From Octopus bimaculoides (taxonomy: Eukaryota), in NCBI RefSeq assembly GCF_001194135.2, contig NC_068989.1, positions 8,342,797-8,406,796 on the forward strand: a DNA stretch of 64,000 nucleotides, given 5' to 3'. Each line of letters starts with the position of its first letter. Within the stretch, counting starts at the first letter, position 1. Under the pieces are notes generated by a model. The model was given only the letters and a program-made list of their open reading frames with translations. It ran no database searches and was not told where the DNA came from. Position numbers and translations under genes: made by a program. Below are positions 24,327 to 36,834 of this stretch, piece after piece.

Positions 24327-25677
24327 TGTATAACTAGATTTGTCTCTATTTCTCCTTGTTTAAGATATGAAACGCCCTTAGTACGATTTTGTTCCCAGTA
24401 AAGTGCAAGAGAAATCCTAATCGATTTCTCAGCGATTACACAATATTGAGCATCATCAGTAAGAGATCCATAAACCACCCCGCGTTTTATGAAAGCATGG
24501 CCATCGTTATTAGCACTTCAATCATCAACGTAACCATAAGACTCATAAGCAGCAAAGACAGAACGGACACAAATCTTACTCCGATTCTCTTACCACTACC
24601 ACCATTTCAGCTGCTACCACCAACCAGCCACTATCACCAGCTTCACCACCTCGTCCACAACTACGAAAACCATAAGAAGTCAAACCATGATATCAAAACA
24701 AAAAAAAGACATCAAGCAAGGAGAAGAATGTCATCGATTCCTTAAAAACATTGAATATTTTTCCACATAGTAATATAGATCTTTAGTATTGACCATCTTT
24801 TCCCATTCCTCAAGCGCCACAGATGGTTACTCATTATCAAAGTGTTGCTTGCTTCACATAATAGTTGTATTCCTCTGGCAATATTTTCGGAAGAATATTA
24901 AAAAGCAAACCTCTAATGTAATATTTCTCTGCTATTATCTTTTCTTTTCCTATTCATAGTATTTTCTTTTTTATCAGTTTTCCCCATCTTAGTTCTTTCT
25001 CCTCAATGAACAGCCCCTTCATAAGTATATCGCCCTCCCGGGATTTCCATATTCCGAAATAATAACTGAATAATTGATAACCAAAAAAAAAAAAAAATGG
25101 AATCGAGATGTTATAAGGGCGTTGTTTATATAACATGCACAAAATATGTTTATATAAATATGTATACACATAAATAGATACATATATGTATGCATGCATA
25201 TATATATATATATATANNNNNNNNNNNNNNNNNNNNNNNNNNNNNNNNNNNNNNNNNNNNNNNNNNNNNNNNNNNNNNNNNNNNNNNNNNNNNNNNNNNN
25301 NNNNNNNNNNNNNNNNNNNNNNNNNNNNNNNNNNNNNNNNNNNNNNNNNNNNNNNNNNNNNNNNNNNNNNNNNNNNNNNNNNNNNNNNNNNNNNNNNNNN
25401 NNNNNNNNNNNNNNNNNNNNNNNNNNNNNNNNNNNNNNNNNNNNNNNNNNNNNNNNNNNNNNNNNNNNNNNNNNNNNNNNNNNNNNNNNNNNNNNNNNNN
25501 NNNNNNNNNNNNNNNNNNNNNNNNNNNNNNNNNNNNNNNNNNNNNNNNNNNNNNNNNNNNNNNNNNNNNNNNNNNNNNNNNNNNNNNNNNNNNNNNNNNN
25601 NNNNNNNNNNNNNNNNNNNNNNNNNNNNNNNNNNNNNNNNNNNNNNNNNNNNNNNNNNNNNNNNNNNNNNNNNNNAT

Positions 25678-25800
25678 ACAGGCGCGGGAGTGGCTGCGTG
25701 GTTCAGTGGCACCATGGCAAATGTCTTCTACTATAACCTCGGGCCGACCAAAGCCTTTTCAGAGGATTTGGTAGACGAAAACTGAAAGAAGCTCTCGTAT
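25678..25800 (+). mobile_element. SINE family B 5' half with internal deletion
   Basis: ggcgcgggagtggctgcgtgg..tgtcttctactataacctcgggccgaccaaagcc..ggatttggtagacgaaaactgaaagaagc followed by (TA)n. Confidence 0.85.
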
Positions 25801-26919
25801 ATATATATATATATATATATAAATTTAGGTATGTATGTATACACATACAAACACGCACACAACTATATTGAGAGGAGATGGTGAGGTCGTCGCGTCGTAT
25901 TAGTTGAAGCTTCTCAAGTTTCCATTATAACGTATACACTTATAAAATATATGTTAACTTGTATACATATTGCATAAAATATCTGCATTCATATCTAAAA
26001 ACTAAAACGCAAAACTCAGAGTAGCAACGGCTTAAAAATTACTTTAATTAATCTAATTACGTAATGCACTGGTTAATTTTTCCTCTATTCAAATGTGTAT
26101 GCATGAATGGTTGCGAGTGTGTGTCCTGTTGTATATGTCTACACACACCTATATAAATATATACACATGCACGCACATACGCTTATGTACATACATGGCT
26201 GTATGCGTTTCTCATACCTTAACACCAAGAAACATTTTTCGAGAAGATTAAAGTCCGAAATACGCTTCCGAAATACACAGAAAATAGGCATCTTTTAAAA
26301 AATCTATCAAAAATAATACATAACTGACAACTGGAGTTTTATTTCTCTGATAATTTTTTTAATATTACACCTGTGTGAAAAGAATTGTGTTGCTTTCATT
26401 CCCAAAGTTTTCCAGTCATAAGTTTGCATGTATTGCCTCGCCATCAACATCCACTATATTGATCATTCTAATGTACAAGTGTTCCAAAAAGCTTTTGAAG
26501 GGACCAGCATTCTGATTGTAAGAGTGGGCAAATAACATAAATAATGTTTCTCGTATTATTTGAAAACCTATACTATGATTTAGTTTTTACGTTCGTTTTT
26601 GTTTTACATTTTTGTTGCTTGTGTATTATAAATAACATGAATAAGATGTCAAATATACATTTGTGCGTGTTGGAAGTCGTGTATAATGTTGATACATTAA
26701 AATAGCATGTATATCAATCGAATAGATTTTGGTAGTTTTCCTGTGATGATGATAGTGATGACGATCAGAGAAGTGACGATAATGATGATTACTGCAGTAG
26801 TAGTAGTAGTAATAGTAGTAGTGATGGGTGGAGTAGGATGGTGAGGAGCTGAAGAGGGTAATGGGAAGAGACAGTGTTAGGTGAGGTTGATGAAGACAAG
26901 AAAACGGGAGAGGCTAAGC

Positions 26920-27075
26920 ATAACTCTAAGCAAAAAGCCAGCAATTTAAATGGATCAAATTAGTTGATACTCTCGACCCTAGTACATTACCGGTACCTTT
27001 TTTTTTTTGATCGCCCCTGAAAGGATGAACTGGAAAGTTGACCTCTGTGGTATTTGAACTCAGAATTTAGAACTA
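26920..27075 (-). mobile_element. SINE family A, degenerate
   Basis: ccctgaaaggatgaac..gttgacctctgtggtatttgaactcagaa is the reverse of the central block and B-box. Confidence 0.65.
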
Positions 27076-27099
27076 GAAGAAATGTTATATTATTATGAC

Positions 27100-27243
27100 A
27101 AGCAGGCCTGAAATGCTTAGCGGCATTTCGTCCATATTTAGTTTTGAGTTCAAATTCCACCGACGCCGACTATGCATTTCATCCCTTCGGGGACAACATA
27201 ATCGACTTAACCACTCTCCCGAAATTGCTGGCCTTGTGCCAAA
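27100..27243 (+). mobile_element. SINE family A, degenerate
   Basis: gaaatgcttagcggcatttcgtc..gagttcaaattccaccgac..tttcatcccttcgggg..ggccttgtgcc. Confidence 0.75.
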
Positions 27244-27264
27244 ATTATTATTATTTATTATTAT

Positions 27265-27736
27265 AGACTTCGCACAGTATACAATATCGTGAGGTTGTTG
27301 ATTGAAGATATTGTCTACAGGGGTTTTGTACTGTCTGTCAAATCACAACAAGGACCTCAGACAGACATTATTTTCCGCAATATGTAATGCCGACTTTTGC
27401 AATACATCTAGATTGTAGGGTATCTCTAAGGTTTTCAGATGTTCCTTTCAGATTGGATGGTATTGAGCCCAGCCACATCTTAGCGATCTCAATTCTCAAC
27501 ACCATTTATTTACCAACTTTTTCTCTTTCTTTCATGGTGATATGTTGATCTGGCACTGCTATGTCGATTATTGGGCACTCTTGTTTGTCCCTCCTAAAAG
27601 TTATTATATCTGGCCTTGTGTGCTGTAACACTTTGTCTCAAAATCAAAGTTCCAAAGGATCTTTGCCTTCTCCTCTTCGTCCATTACCTTTTCCGGTGTA
27701 TGTTGGTACCAAGTACTCGTAATCTCATATCTATAC

Positions 27737-27737
<1 letters not shown>
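27265..27737 (-). mobile_element. 5'-truncated R4/Dong-like element flanked on both sides by (TAA)n
   Basis: STWYQHTPEKV..KAKILWNF..RPDII..PIIDIAVPD..KEREK..EIAKMW..LQKSA..HILRKIMSV*. TAA tracts at 27244-27264 and 27738-27799. Confidence 0.8.

Positions 27738-27799
<62 letters not shown>
27738..27799. repeat. (TTA)n/(TAA)n tract
   Basis: Direct inspection. Confidence 0.95.
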
Positions 27800-27834
27800 G
27801 CTGTTGTTGTTGTCGTTGTTGTTATTTGATGAAA

Positions 27835-28200
27835 ACTTACAGCTTACCTTGCTGGGTATGATGGAAAGTGTCAGCTGTCCAAAGCCAGCAATTGAAAATT
27901 ATTTACTGGTCATGCTTCTAGAACTCCGCGAATATTTTTTGCAGTTCCAAGCAATGTTGATTTCTGTAGGTGTTCTACATTTTCATTACTTTTGTTACTT
28001 ATATTTTCTCTTGTTGGAACTCCTGGAGTCTTGTATGCGTAGCACGCTTAACACCTGCAGCCTACGGTACCATGCTATTCGTTCTTTTCATCTATCTAAT
28101 ACTTGCCTGGTTATTCCGAAATACTTTTCCGCAATTATTTTTCTAAGAATCTTAATTAACGGTCATTACTTTCTCCTTATTTCTAAATATACTGGCCATT
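27835..28200 (-). mobile_element. 3' end of a second R4/Dong-like element
   Basis: NVEHLQKSTLLGTAKNIRGVLEA* (stop at about 27910), then a short 3' UTR and (CAA)/(TAA)n. Confidence 0.75.
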
Positions 28201-29421
28201 ATTGATTATTACAACATGAGTTGGTGAAATTTGGATGAAGAGATTAATAAGACTGAAACACGTTCGATGCTTTCAACAGTCGATTTTGAAGACAAGAACT
28301 ACCCTTTGCCCCTATTTCTTGTAAAGTTAGCATATTCTCAGTGTTTTAGAATTTAAACACCTGAAGAGAGGAATTTGTAACAGCATGAACAATCTCAGGA
28401 AATCGAAGTTTTTCAGTATTTCATACTATTTTTATAGAAAGCTTCCATAAGTGAACAAGGAATAGAAATCGTGCAGTGGAAAGTGTAGAGCGTCTAGTCT
28501 GCTGAAAAATTTTGTCTCGAAAACATCCAAGCGCAAACAAAAACGTATTTATTTCCCTATGCCAAAATGTATTTACCTGGCCACGTGATTTAATGTGAAT
28601 ATATCAGTTATGTTTCTTTTTTGATGAATCCCAAGTCAACCGTGATTGTGATGACCTATGACCAAACATTTTCTAGCGGCGAATAACCTTTGTGCGTTTA
28701 TCTATCCAAGGATATATATACCGTAAAATGCAACCCTTTCCTTTTTTATTATTATTTAAGATGAAAGCGTATGGCATAAGTTAGAGCTGATATTTTGACT
28801 TCGGAATGGAGTCTTTCGTTGGTTCATAATCACGTATTCTCTAAATACGCCGTATCTATTACATAATTAATAAATTTGATTTTAGTGTATCGGCGTTTAC
28901 ATTACTGCTACACGATTTTATATTTATTGACTCGTACCTTCTCTATTCCACTGTTAAACTTGTCAGACACATTAAAGAAACTATCTTCCCGATTTTTCAT
29001 TTTGTAGTCGATATTTTTGTAAATTTATTATATTTATCGCATAACAAAATTCCTATCATAATAAGTGCAACATCTCAATTTCTGTCTCTCGGTGATGTAT
29101 TTTAAGCAATATGATTATATTTAATGTTATTTTGTCCAATCTCGTTAATTCGTATGTTTACTACTTTATTACTTTTAATCTAAAGTTTATTACATGTACA
29201 TCCTGTATACTACAACCCTTTCTCTCTGTTTCCAGCATTTACTTATTTTCTGTATACTATTCCGACGCATTACTTTTATTATCAAACCGATTATTATTAA
29301 AGCATTATTATAAATTCATTACTATTAAAATTGCCCTAAATCACTATCATGTTTATTGTTGCAAAATAGGCATTAAATGTTGACAGTGATGGAGGGTGTT
29401 ATGCATAAGTGTGTGCGTGTT

Positions 29422-29464
<43 letters not shown>

Positions 29465-29849
29465 GTATATATAAATGGAACAAAAACGCAATAGAGAGCA
29501 TTAAAACGTTCAGACAGATAGACGATACAAAAGCGGACAAAAGAAACAACAATTAGAAGGACAGGCAAAAATAGACGGGTCATGCTTAGCTTTCTTTCAT
29601 CAGTCAAGTCCCAGAATACTGAACATATTGAATTGCAAATATGGAATGATGATCTCTGATGAGGATCTCAGGACTGAAATGAGCAAATCCAGGAAATAGA
29701 AATCGCGTGGAATAGCCCTGTCTTCTGGTTGAGTGTCTGGCTGATTCCCATGGGATATCAAGTCGTCTGTGTAATAACGTATTGTGCGAACCTTAAAGAA
29801 TCTTCCTTGACTTGTAGGTGGAGTAACTTAAACACCAAACGTGATGAAA

Positions 29850-30520
29850 CTTATAACCCTTCCCAAACTACTGATCAATTATCTTTCAACTGTATACAAC
29901 ATACTAACATCTCCCATTAGTAAAGACACATATAGCCTTCTCCCGGATTACAAAATATTCCCCTAACGAATAAAATGGCTGCGAACTTAGATCGTGTGGT
30001 TGTAAAACCCGCTTTTAATAAATTAAATCAGTCTCTGGGACTGCTATATGAGACACAGAATTCTTTCTATTGCGTGGATTGATTGCAAAAAACCGTATGA
30101 TAGCTGTCTCTATAGTTGAACTAACATATGATCGGAAATCTATAAAATCTCTCCGGTCGTTGGTAATTTTTGGTCAAATTGTATGACGTTTTGGAAAACC
30201 TCTCTAATGGTGAATGGAGAGAAATGTACTGTTAACGCTAGTCGTATTGATATAAACTGTAATGTTTTTAAAAGGATTCTCTATCACCGATTCTCTTTTC
30301 AGTGACTCTCATTCCATCAAGTAGGCTATCAAATTATACCAGATACGAGTTCATAAAATACCACAGAAATAAAGCACAAATCACTCAACCATCTTTTTTT
30401 TTACATGAGTAATCTTACCTGTTTTCCAACAGGTCATAAAAAAAAACTAGAACGGTCTCTAACTGGAGTGAAACCGTTTAGTGACGATGTTGAAATGGAA
30501 TTTCGCTTTGTACTCTTAAA
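29850..30520 (+). mobile_element. Decayed reverse-transcriptase fragment, R4/Dong-like
   Basis: LSIAWIDCKKPYDS (the AWIDYKKAYDS motif), MTFWKTSL, FYM, and VKPFSDDVEMEF, with many stops and frameshifts. Confidence 0.8.
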
Positions 30521-31449
30521 ACCCTATTGCATACAACTCTACAAGGCTACCAAAATTAAGTAATTAGAATTTGAAGAAACCTACATGTACTCTGGTACGC
30601 GCAACGGGGATGACATCCAGTACCCACAATTGTCCATCATCGACGTTGTTGTTGTCGTTATTGTTTTTATAGTTCAGAATGAATGTCTGTAGACGCCTCA
30701 CTCTTAGTATGTGCTTTTGTATTCTCATCCACACTATCTTTTAATCTTCCATGCTTTCTTAGAAGCAGCAGTTGGTGCTTCTGATTAAAAGAAACTCTCT
30801 CTCTTTTACAATAAACGAAAGAACATGCGTTCCAATTTGGTCCAATATTTTTTTCTTTTTCCTGGAGCAGTAAAAATAACACAAGATCAATGTTATATCG
30901 GAATAAGAAGATAAAGACTCCAAAAGTGGAATTAACCTGTATATTTGTAGTATATCTGTGTGTACGTGTAGTTTAACCTCCTTCAATAACAACAACAAAA
31001 TGACAAGTCTGAAGAACTACCAATGTATGTCGATAATAATTACGCTTCTTGCTTTGATTAAGAAAATATATAAAATAAATAATTAAAAAATATAATTAAA
31101 TAAATAAAGGAACATAAAATTCATATATAAAACCAACTTGTGTAACATAATCACAATAGATTTCTAATGTTCCTTTACAAACAATGCTTAGTCAGATAGG
31201 AAAGAAGTTGAAGAGTTCTTAGAATTTATCAACAGATTACATAGCGTTTCTTTGAAGTGATTTTCTAATAAGCCGGGTTTTTTTTTCTTTCAAATCTTTT
31301 GTGTTTGTGAAGCAATCCCGGAAATCGTTTGTAGTTGCCTTTAAAGAACATTTTTTCTTCTTCTTTAATAATATTTCCTGCATCAAACTCACCACCAAAA
31401 CGTTCTACTTTAATATTTCTATTTCTATTTTTATTTTACTACGCTTCCC

Positions 31450-32145
31450 TGTTTAGTATTCAACATCACTGTCATCATCAGCATCATCGTCGTAGTCATC
31501 ATCATAATCAATAACGTTGTCCTCGACATCGTGATTATCAAACTTATCGTCGTCGTAGTAGTCATCATCGTCGTCATCATCATCATCATCATCATCATCA
31601 GTAACAACTCCAGCACTAGCATTATTATTAATGTCATCCTTATCAAAATCAATATCTCTATTATCTTAATGAAAATGAATTATAATTATCATTATCTTTA
31701 GTAGCAGCAACAGCATCAGCACTATCGCTATAAGAACGTTAAATGAATATAATAATTATCATAATCAACATCATAATTACTAATATCGAAATCATCACCG
31801 CCACCAAAAACAACAACGACAGTAACACGATGTCCATCATCATCGTCAAAGTATCATTCTCCCAACACAATCTCACTCACTTCACTAAAAATAATCACAA
31901 ATTCAAACGTTGTGGACGGGTTATCATAATAATAATAATAATGATGATCATAATGATGATGATGGTAATAATAAAGAACATTAACAATAATAATGATGAC
32001 GATGATAATAATAATAATCATCACTAACATCATGATGAACGTTTAGTCATTATTGTCGATGCCTTAACCATAATTTTTATCCTCATTCTGATCACAATCA
32101 ACGTTATTAAAATCGACATCTTCATTATTATAACGATCATAGCAA
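31450..32145. repeat. Degenerate (ATC)/(AAT)/(GAT) trinucleotide low-complexity field
   Basis: Direct inspection. Confidence 0.9.
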
Positions 32146-32255
32146 TCGGTACAATGATAAAAATAACTCGTTCTACATTGGCCAGAAAGACCTATTTGCA
32201 CAAAAAAATTGTGTCATATGAATATGTTACAAAACACACAAAACCAAATGAAATC

Positions 32256-32295
<40 letters not shown>

Positions 32296-32304
32296 CTGCG
32301 TGTC

Positions 32305-32430
32305 GAAATCTGTCCCATTGCGTGGGACCTGGGTGCCTGGGGCAAGTCTCTTCTGCTATAGCCTCGGGCCAACCATATCCTTGTAAATGGATTTCGTAGA
32401 CGGAAATTGAAAGACGTCCGTCATATATAT
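32305..32430 (+). mobile_element. SINE family B CORE-like part
   Basis: cctggggcaagtctcttctgctatagcctcgggccaacc..ggatttcgtagacggaaattgaaaga followed by (TA)n. Confidence 0.8.
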
Positions 32431-33021
32431 ATATTTTAAATAAAATAGTGTACAAATAATTATATGAAAAATATGTTGTCTGTTGACTTTATTACGCATG
32501 CTAGCAACCAGTAGGATAATTTTTCTAAATTTTCTACCCTTATTATTTTCACACACACTATAGATATATAGATTGCTCTGCTTTGAAATTGATGTAATGA
32601 TTGCATTGTTCAATTATGAAATGGTCGTACTGCATTACCTCTGGATATCTTTGTTGCTTATTTTGATTTAATCACCTTACTTTGAAATTGTATGGATAAT
32701 ACCGTACTAAATTCTGGTGCCTCAACTTAAGTACAATATTCATCTGAATCTATATATATATATATATAAATTATATAATTATAAAAATATAATTAAGGGC
32801 TCTGAAATTCAAGCGCCTATACGCTGGATGTAGATGTCAAATACCTACAATCCACTCTAAGTTTGCTATCTATTTATAACCCCAGGTCAAATGTGAGGTA
32901 ATGAGCAAGAAGATTTACAAAATTTCGGTTAATCCTATATCCTAAGATTTCATGCTCTCAGTAGCATGACACTGTAAGATATAGGATTATGCAGATTATT
33001 ATATCTGTTTAGCGTGCTTAC

Positions 33022-33054
33022 AGCGACAGTGCTGCAGATGCCTGAAGCAGTGTG
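33022..33054 (-). CDS. Candidate 33-nt exon (HTASGICSTVA in phase 0; open in all frames)
   Basis: Acceptor ttcccttctatactattctgattcAG and donor GCT|GTAAGC; locally GC-richer. Confidence 0.25.
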
Positions 33055-33756
33055 CTGAATCAGAATAGTATAGAAGGGAATGAATTCAACCGTGGCCAAA
33101 GTATTGAAATGTTAATATCTGGCCGAAGAATTGAAATATTTAACTATAAAAATACAAGGGTAAAAATTATTAAATTCTCTCTGCCAGAAATATTGAAATG
33201 ACATGCTGCACTGCTTGGCATTCGCGTCAGAAGCTCCGATATATATATATTTACTTGTAAATGGATGCGTCCCGTTCAATTAAATAACAAATAGTAAATA
33301 ATATCTAATATATATATGCATGCATATATGAACACAGGATATCACCAACCGTGCAAATAACATGAAATACGTAAGTAAACAAGCTGAATACGTAAACAAC
33401 GAGAAAAAAATGGAAAACAGTCTTTCTCTGTGTTTACTTGTCTTGTTTTCCATTCTTTCTCGTTGTTTACGTATTTCATGCTATTTGTACCGTTTGTGAT
33501 GTCTTGTACCCATACATGCATATATATATATNNNNNNNNNNNNNNNNNNNNNNNNNNNNNNNNNNNNNNNNNNNNNNNNNNNNNNNNNNNNNNNNNNNNN
33601 NNNNNNNNNNNNNNNNNNNNNNNNNNNNNNNNNNNNNNNNNNNNNNNNNGTATATATTGATATAAGTTAACAAAGCTGATTGAGAGCCATAATATATCAT
33701 CTATCGGAGAAGTTATGCAAATGAACTCCGCCTCACATAAAAAAAAAAAAACTTAC

Positions 33757-33832
33757 ATACAATTAACAAAACCGCGCCACACATAACTATATAGATCGTC
33801 GTCACTTTGCTATTCCTCATCCAATCGCGCTG
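33757..33832 (-). CDS. Candidate 76-nt exon encoding a hydrophobic (TM or signal) segment QRDWMRNSKVTTIYIVMCGAVLLIV
   Basis: Acceptor ttaacgtatttccAG (CAGCAG tandem) and donor GTAT|GTAAGT. Only one frame is open, and it gives a membrane-like peptide. No family recognised with certainty. Confidence 0.4.
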
Positions 33833-34546
33833 CTGGAAATACGTTAAATTACAAACCCAGTAGTCATGTAATATGAAAAGTTGATTTGAGGAAGAATAAT
33901 ACAGAATAAATTGCATGAAAATTAAAGATTAACTCCTCTTCCATATTTAGACACACCCAGTCCGTTTGCTTAGCTGCTTTGCTCTTCTGTCATTCTGAGC
34001 AAGTTAGTTACGTCTCTGGTATACTGTATATTTACCAATTAGTATACCACTACAGTACCTCTTTCTTTCTTTTTCTTTCTCTCCTTCTCTCAGGCATTTT
34101 TCTCTCTCTCTATACGCATGCACACATGCGCACGTTATGAGAGGTATTTACGTGCACAAGTGTAATAGTCTACTGCAAGACAATATACGACGTGTCCTAT
34201 CCGTGTGACATTTAAGTTATAAAAAAAGTCGTAAGAAGGATGACCAAGTTATTGATTCTGTTATAAAATCTATGATAAATAATCTATCTATCTATCTTTG
34301 TCTATGAATTTATAAATATGTGTATGTAAATGTTTATAGATATAGATAGATATGCGCACACAAACGCACACACACACAAGCGCGAATTAGTGAACAAAGG
34401 AAAGATTAGGGCAATCAAAAGATTAAGCTATAGTTTAATAACAGGTAAGCTCAGCGCCACATTACTTAAACTTACGTGCTCATAGGACAATCTCCACGAA
34501 ACATTAAGTAATGTGAAGCTAAACCAGCATGTTTGATAAATGTTTT

Positions 34547-34584
<38 letters not shown>

Positions 34585-34665
34585 AAATGCATTATATATG
34601 AATATATGTATTTTCCGGGTTCAGTACCACTACGTGGCACCTTGGGCAAGTGAACACTTATATAT

Positions 34666-34775
34666 AAATGAAGTGTTTTGCTCAAGAACACAACGCGTCG
34701 CTCGGTCCAGGAATCGAACCCACAACCTTACGATCATGATGCTGACATTCTAACCACTAAGCCATGCACCTTCAC
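34666..34775 (-). mobile_element. SINE family C tRNA-like head, adjacent to a plus-strand family B fragment (34612-34652)
   Basis: Minus strand gtgaaggtgcatggcttagtggttagaatg..gggttcgattcctggac..gttgtgttcttgagcaaaacacttc, with A- and B-box-like motifs. Confidence 0.85.
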
Positions 34776-34840
34776 ACACACACACACACACCCACACCCA
34801 CACACATATATCTGTATATATAAATATATATGTATATATA

Positions 34841-34948
<108 letters not shown>

Positions 34949-34984
34949 GCATACATAAAGTCGGCATTTCGGCCGACTTTTTGT

Positions 34985-35120
34985 CCTAAATTGAAATGCT
35001 ATCCAGCTTAACTTTATCTTTCATCCTTTCGGGGTAGATAAAATAAGTACCAGTTGAGCATGATGTAATTGACTTAGCCCTTCCCACGAACTAACTGACC
35101 TTGTGCCATAATTTGAAACC
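34985..35120 (+). mobile_element. SINE family A central and 3' part
   Basis: ctttcatcctttcggggtagataaaataagtaccagttg..gaccttgtgccataatttgaaacc. Confidence 0.75.
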
Positions 35121-36790
35121 ATTATTGTTAGGGCTTCCTTAAGTTACACAAATGTAACAGAATTTATTATTCGTAGGGTTAAAGAGAAAGTCCGTCACGT
35201 TGGAAACTGTGTTCTTGGCAAGGTAATTATCTCTCCAACTGCACTTTGTAATTATGGTTAAATCTTATCAAAAATGGTTTTAGAGAATCTATTCTTCTGG
35301 AAAATATATTCCTGCTTTCCTCCAATCAGAATGTTTTGTTCTATAATATAGCATTAAAAGAGTTCTCGACAACATTTTAGTTAAACATTCTCGCTTTGCA
35401 AAAACATTTTGTTTGTATTTAGGCACTTTCTTAATTGTGAAAAATATTAGAAATTACAACGGCGAATACATTAAACTATAGCAAATAATTTTCCTTAGTT
35501 TCGAAATTTATTAGCTTTCCTTCACGCAACATTTACACTTTCCCTACAAGAACTTCTATTTATACATGACTACAATATAGTATATATATTGAGTGTTATG
35601 TGTGGTGTACAGATATAGAATATTGAAAAAANNNNNNNNNNNNNNNNNNNNNNNNNNNNNNNNNNNNNNNNNNNNNNNNNNNNNNNNNNNNNNNNNNNNN
35701 NNNNNNNNNNNNNNNNNNNNNNNNNNNNNNNNNNNNNNNNNNNNNNNNNNNNNNNNNNNNNNNNNNNNNNNNNNNNNNNNNNNNNNNNNNNNNNNNNNNN
35801 NNNNNNNNNNNNNNNNNNNNNNNNNNNNNNNNNNNNNNNNNNNNNNNNNNNNNNNNNNNNNNNNNNNNNNNNNNNNNNNNNNNNNNNNNNNNNNNNNNNN
35901 NNNNNNNNNNNNNNNNNNNNNNNNNNNNNNNNNNNNNNNNNNNNNNNNNNNNNNNNNNNNNNNNNNNNNNNNNNNNNNNNNNNNNNNNNNNNNNNNNNNN
36001 NNNNNNNNNNNNNNNNNNNNNNNNNNNNNNNNNNNNNNNNNNNNNNNNNNNNNNNNNNNNNNNNNNNNNNNNNNNNNNNNNNNNNNNNNNNNNNNNNNNN
36101 NNNNNNNNNNNNNNNNNNNNNNNNNNNNNNNNNNNNNNNNNNNNNNNNNNNNNNNNNNNNNNNNNNNNNNNNNNNNNNNNNNNNNNNNNNNNNNNNNNNN
36201 NNNNNNNNNNNNNNNNNNNNNNNNNNNNNNNNNNNNNNNNNNNNNNNNNNNNNNNNNNNNNNNNNNNNNNNNNNNNNNNNNNNNNNNNNNNNNNNNNNTA
36301 TATATATATGTTTTACATCATTGTATTCCCTCAGGAATATTACCAATGTTTTCTTCGAAATATATGACGGAAGTTATAAAGATTTGAAGAACAACTGCGT
36401 TTAACTCCATTTCTTAATTTATCTATGTTACATAAAAACATTTCACTAAACATTGGAACTTCTACCTTTTTCAATAAGCTGGTACATCCTTGGCACATAT
36501 GTGAATTTTTGCTAACCTGGTAACTATTTATTTTTTTTTTCCGTGTTATTTTTAAACATTGATATATATATATAAGCAATAATAAATGTCTGAACTAGGT
36601 ATAAACAGTAGGTGCACGACAACGTGAAGTACATTTGCCATTTAAATGTAGCTAACCGCTAAGGGTAGATTCTACTGTAGCTTGTAGCCCCAGGAGGACA
36701 CCTCCTCTAGCTGGCTATTGATACACTTTCTATGCCCTATCAATATTTGCAAAAGGAATCCATTCTTTCCATCTTCGACCAGACGTGATA

Positions 36791-36834
36791 CACACGGACC
36801 CGGGTTTCTAGGTATTTACCCGTCATCAGCGCAC
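36791..36834 (-). ncRNA. Hammerhead-ribozyme-like motif, second family
   Basis: Minus strand GTGCG-CTGATGA-C-GGGT-AAAT-ACCT-A-GAAAC-CCGG-GTC-CGTGT. Cores are intact, with palindromic ACCCGGGT stem III and a GUC triplet. Stem I is weak and there is a C.A mismatch at the base of stem II. Confidence 0.5.

Noticed and set aside
29656-29685. CTGATGAG..GAAAT hammerhead-like string
   Set aside because: Stem II does not pair, and there is no NUH triplet or stem I.
30667-30860. 64-codon minus-strand frame after a good acceptor (EKEKNIGPNW..)
   Set aside because: It lies next to decayed retrotransposon sequence, is low-complexity and has no supporting homology.
36680-36725. CCTCCTC..CTGGC resembling the L3/P3 of HDV-like ribozymes
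   Set aside because: No P1 or P2 pairing partners could be found.
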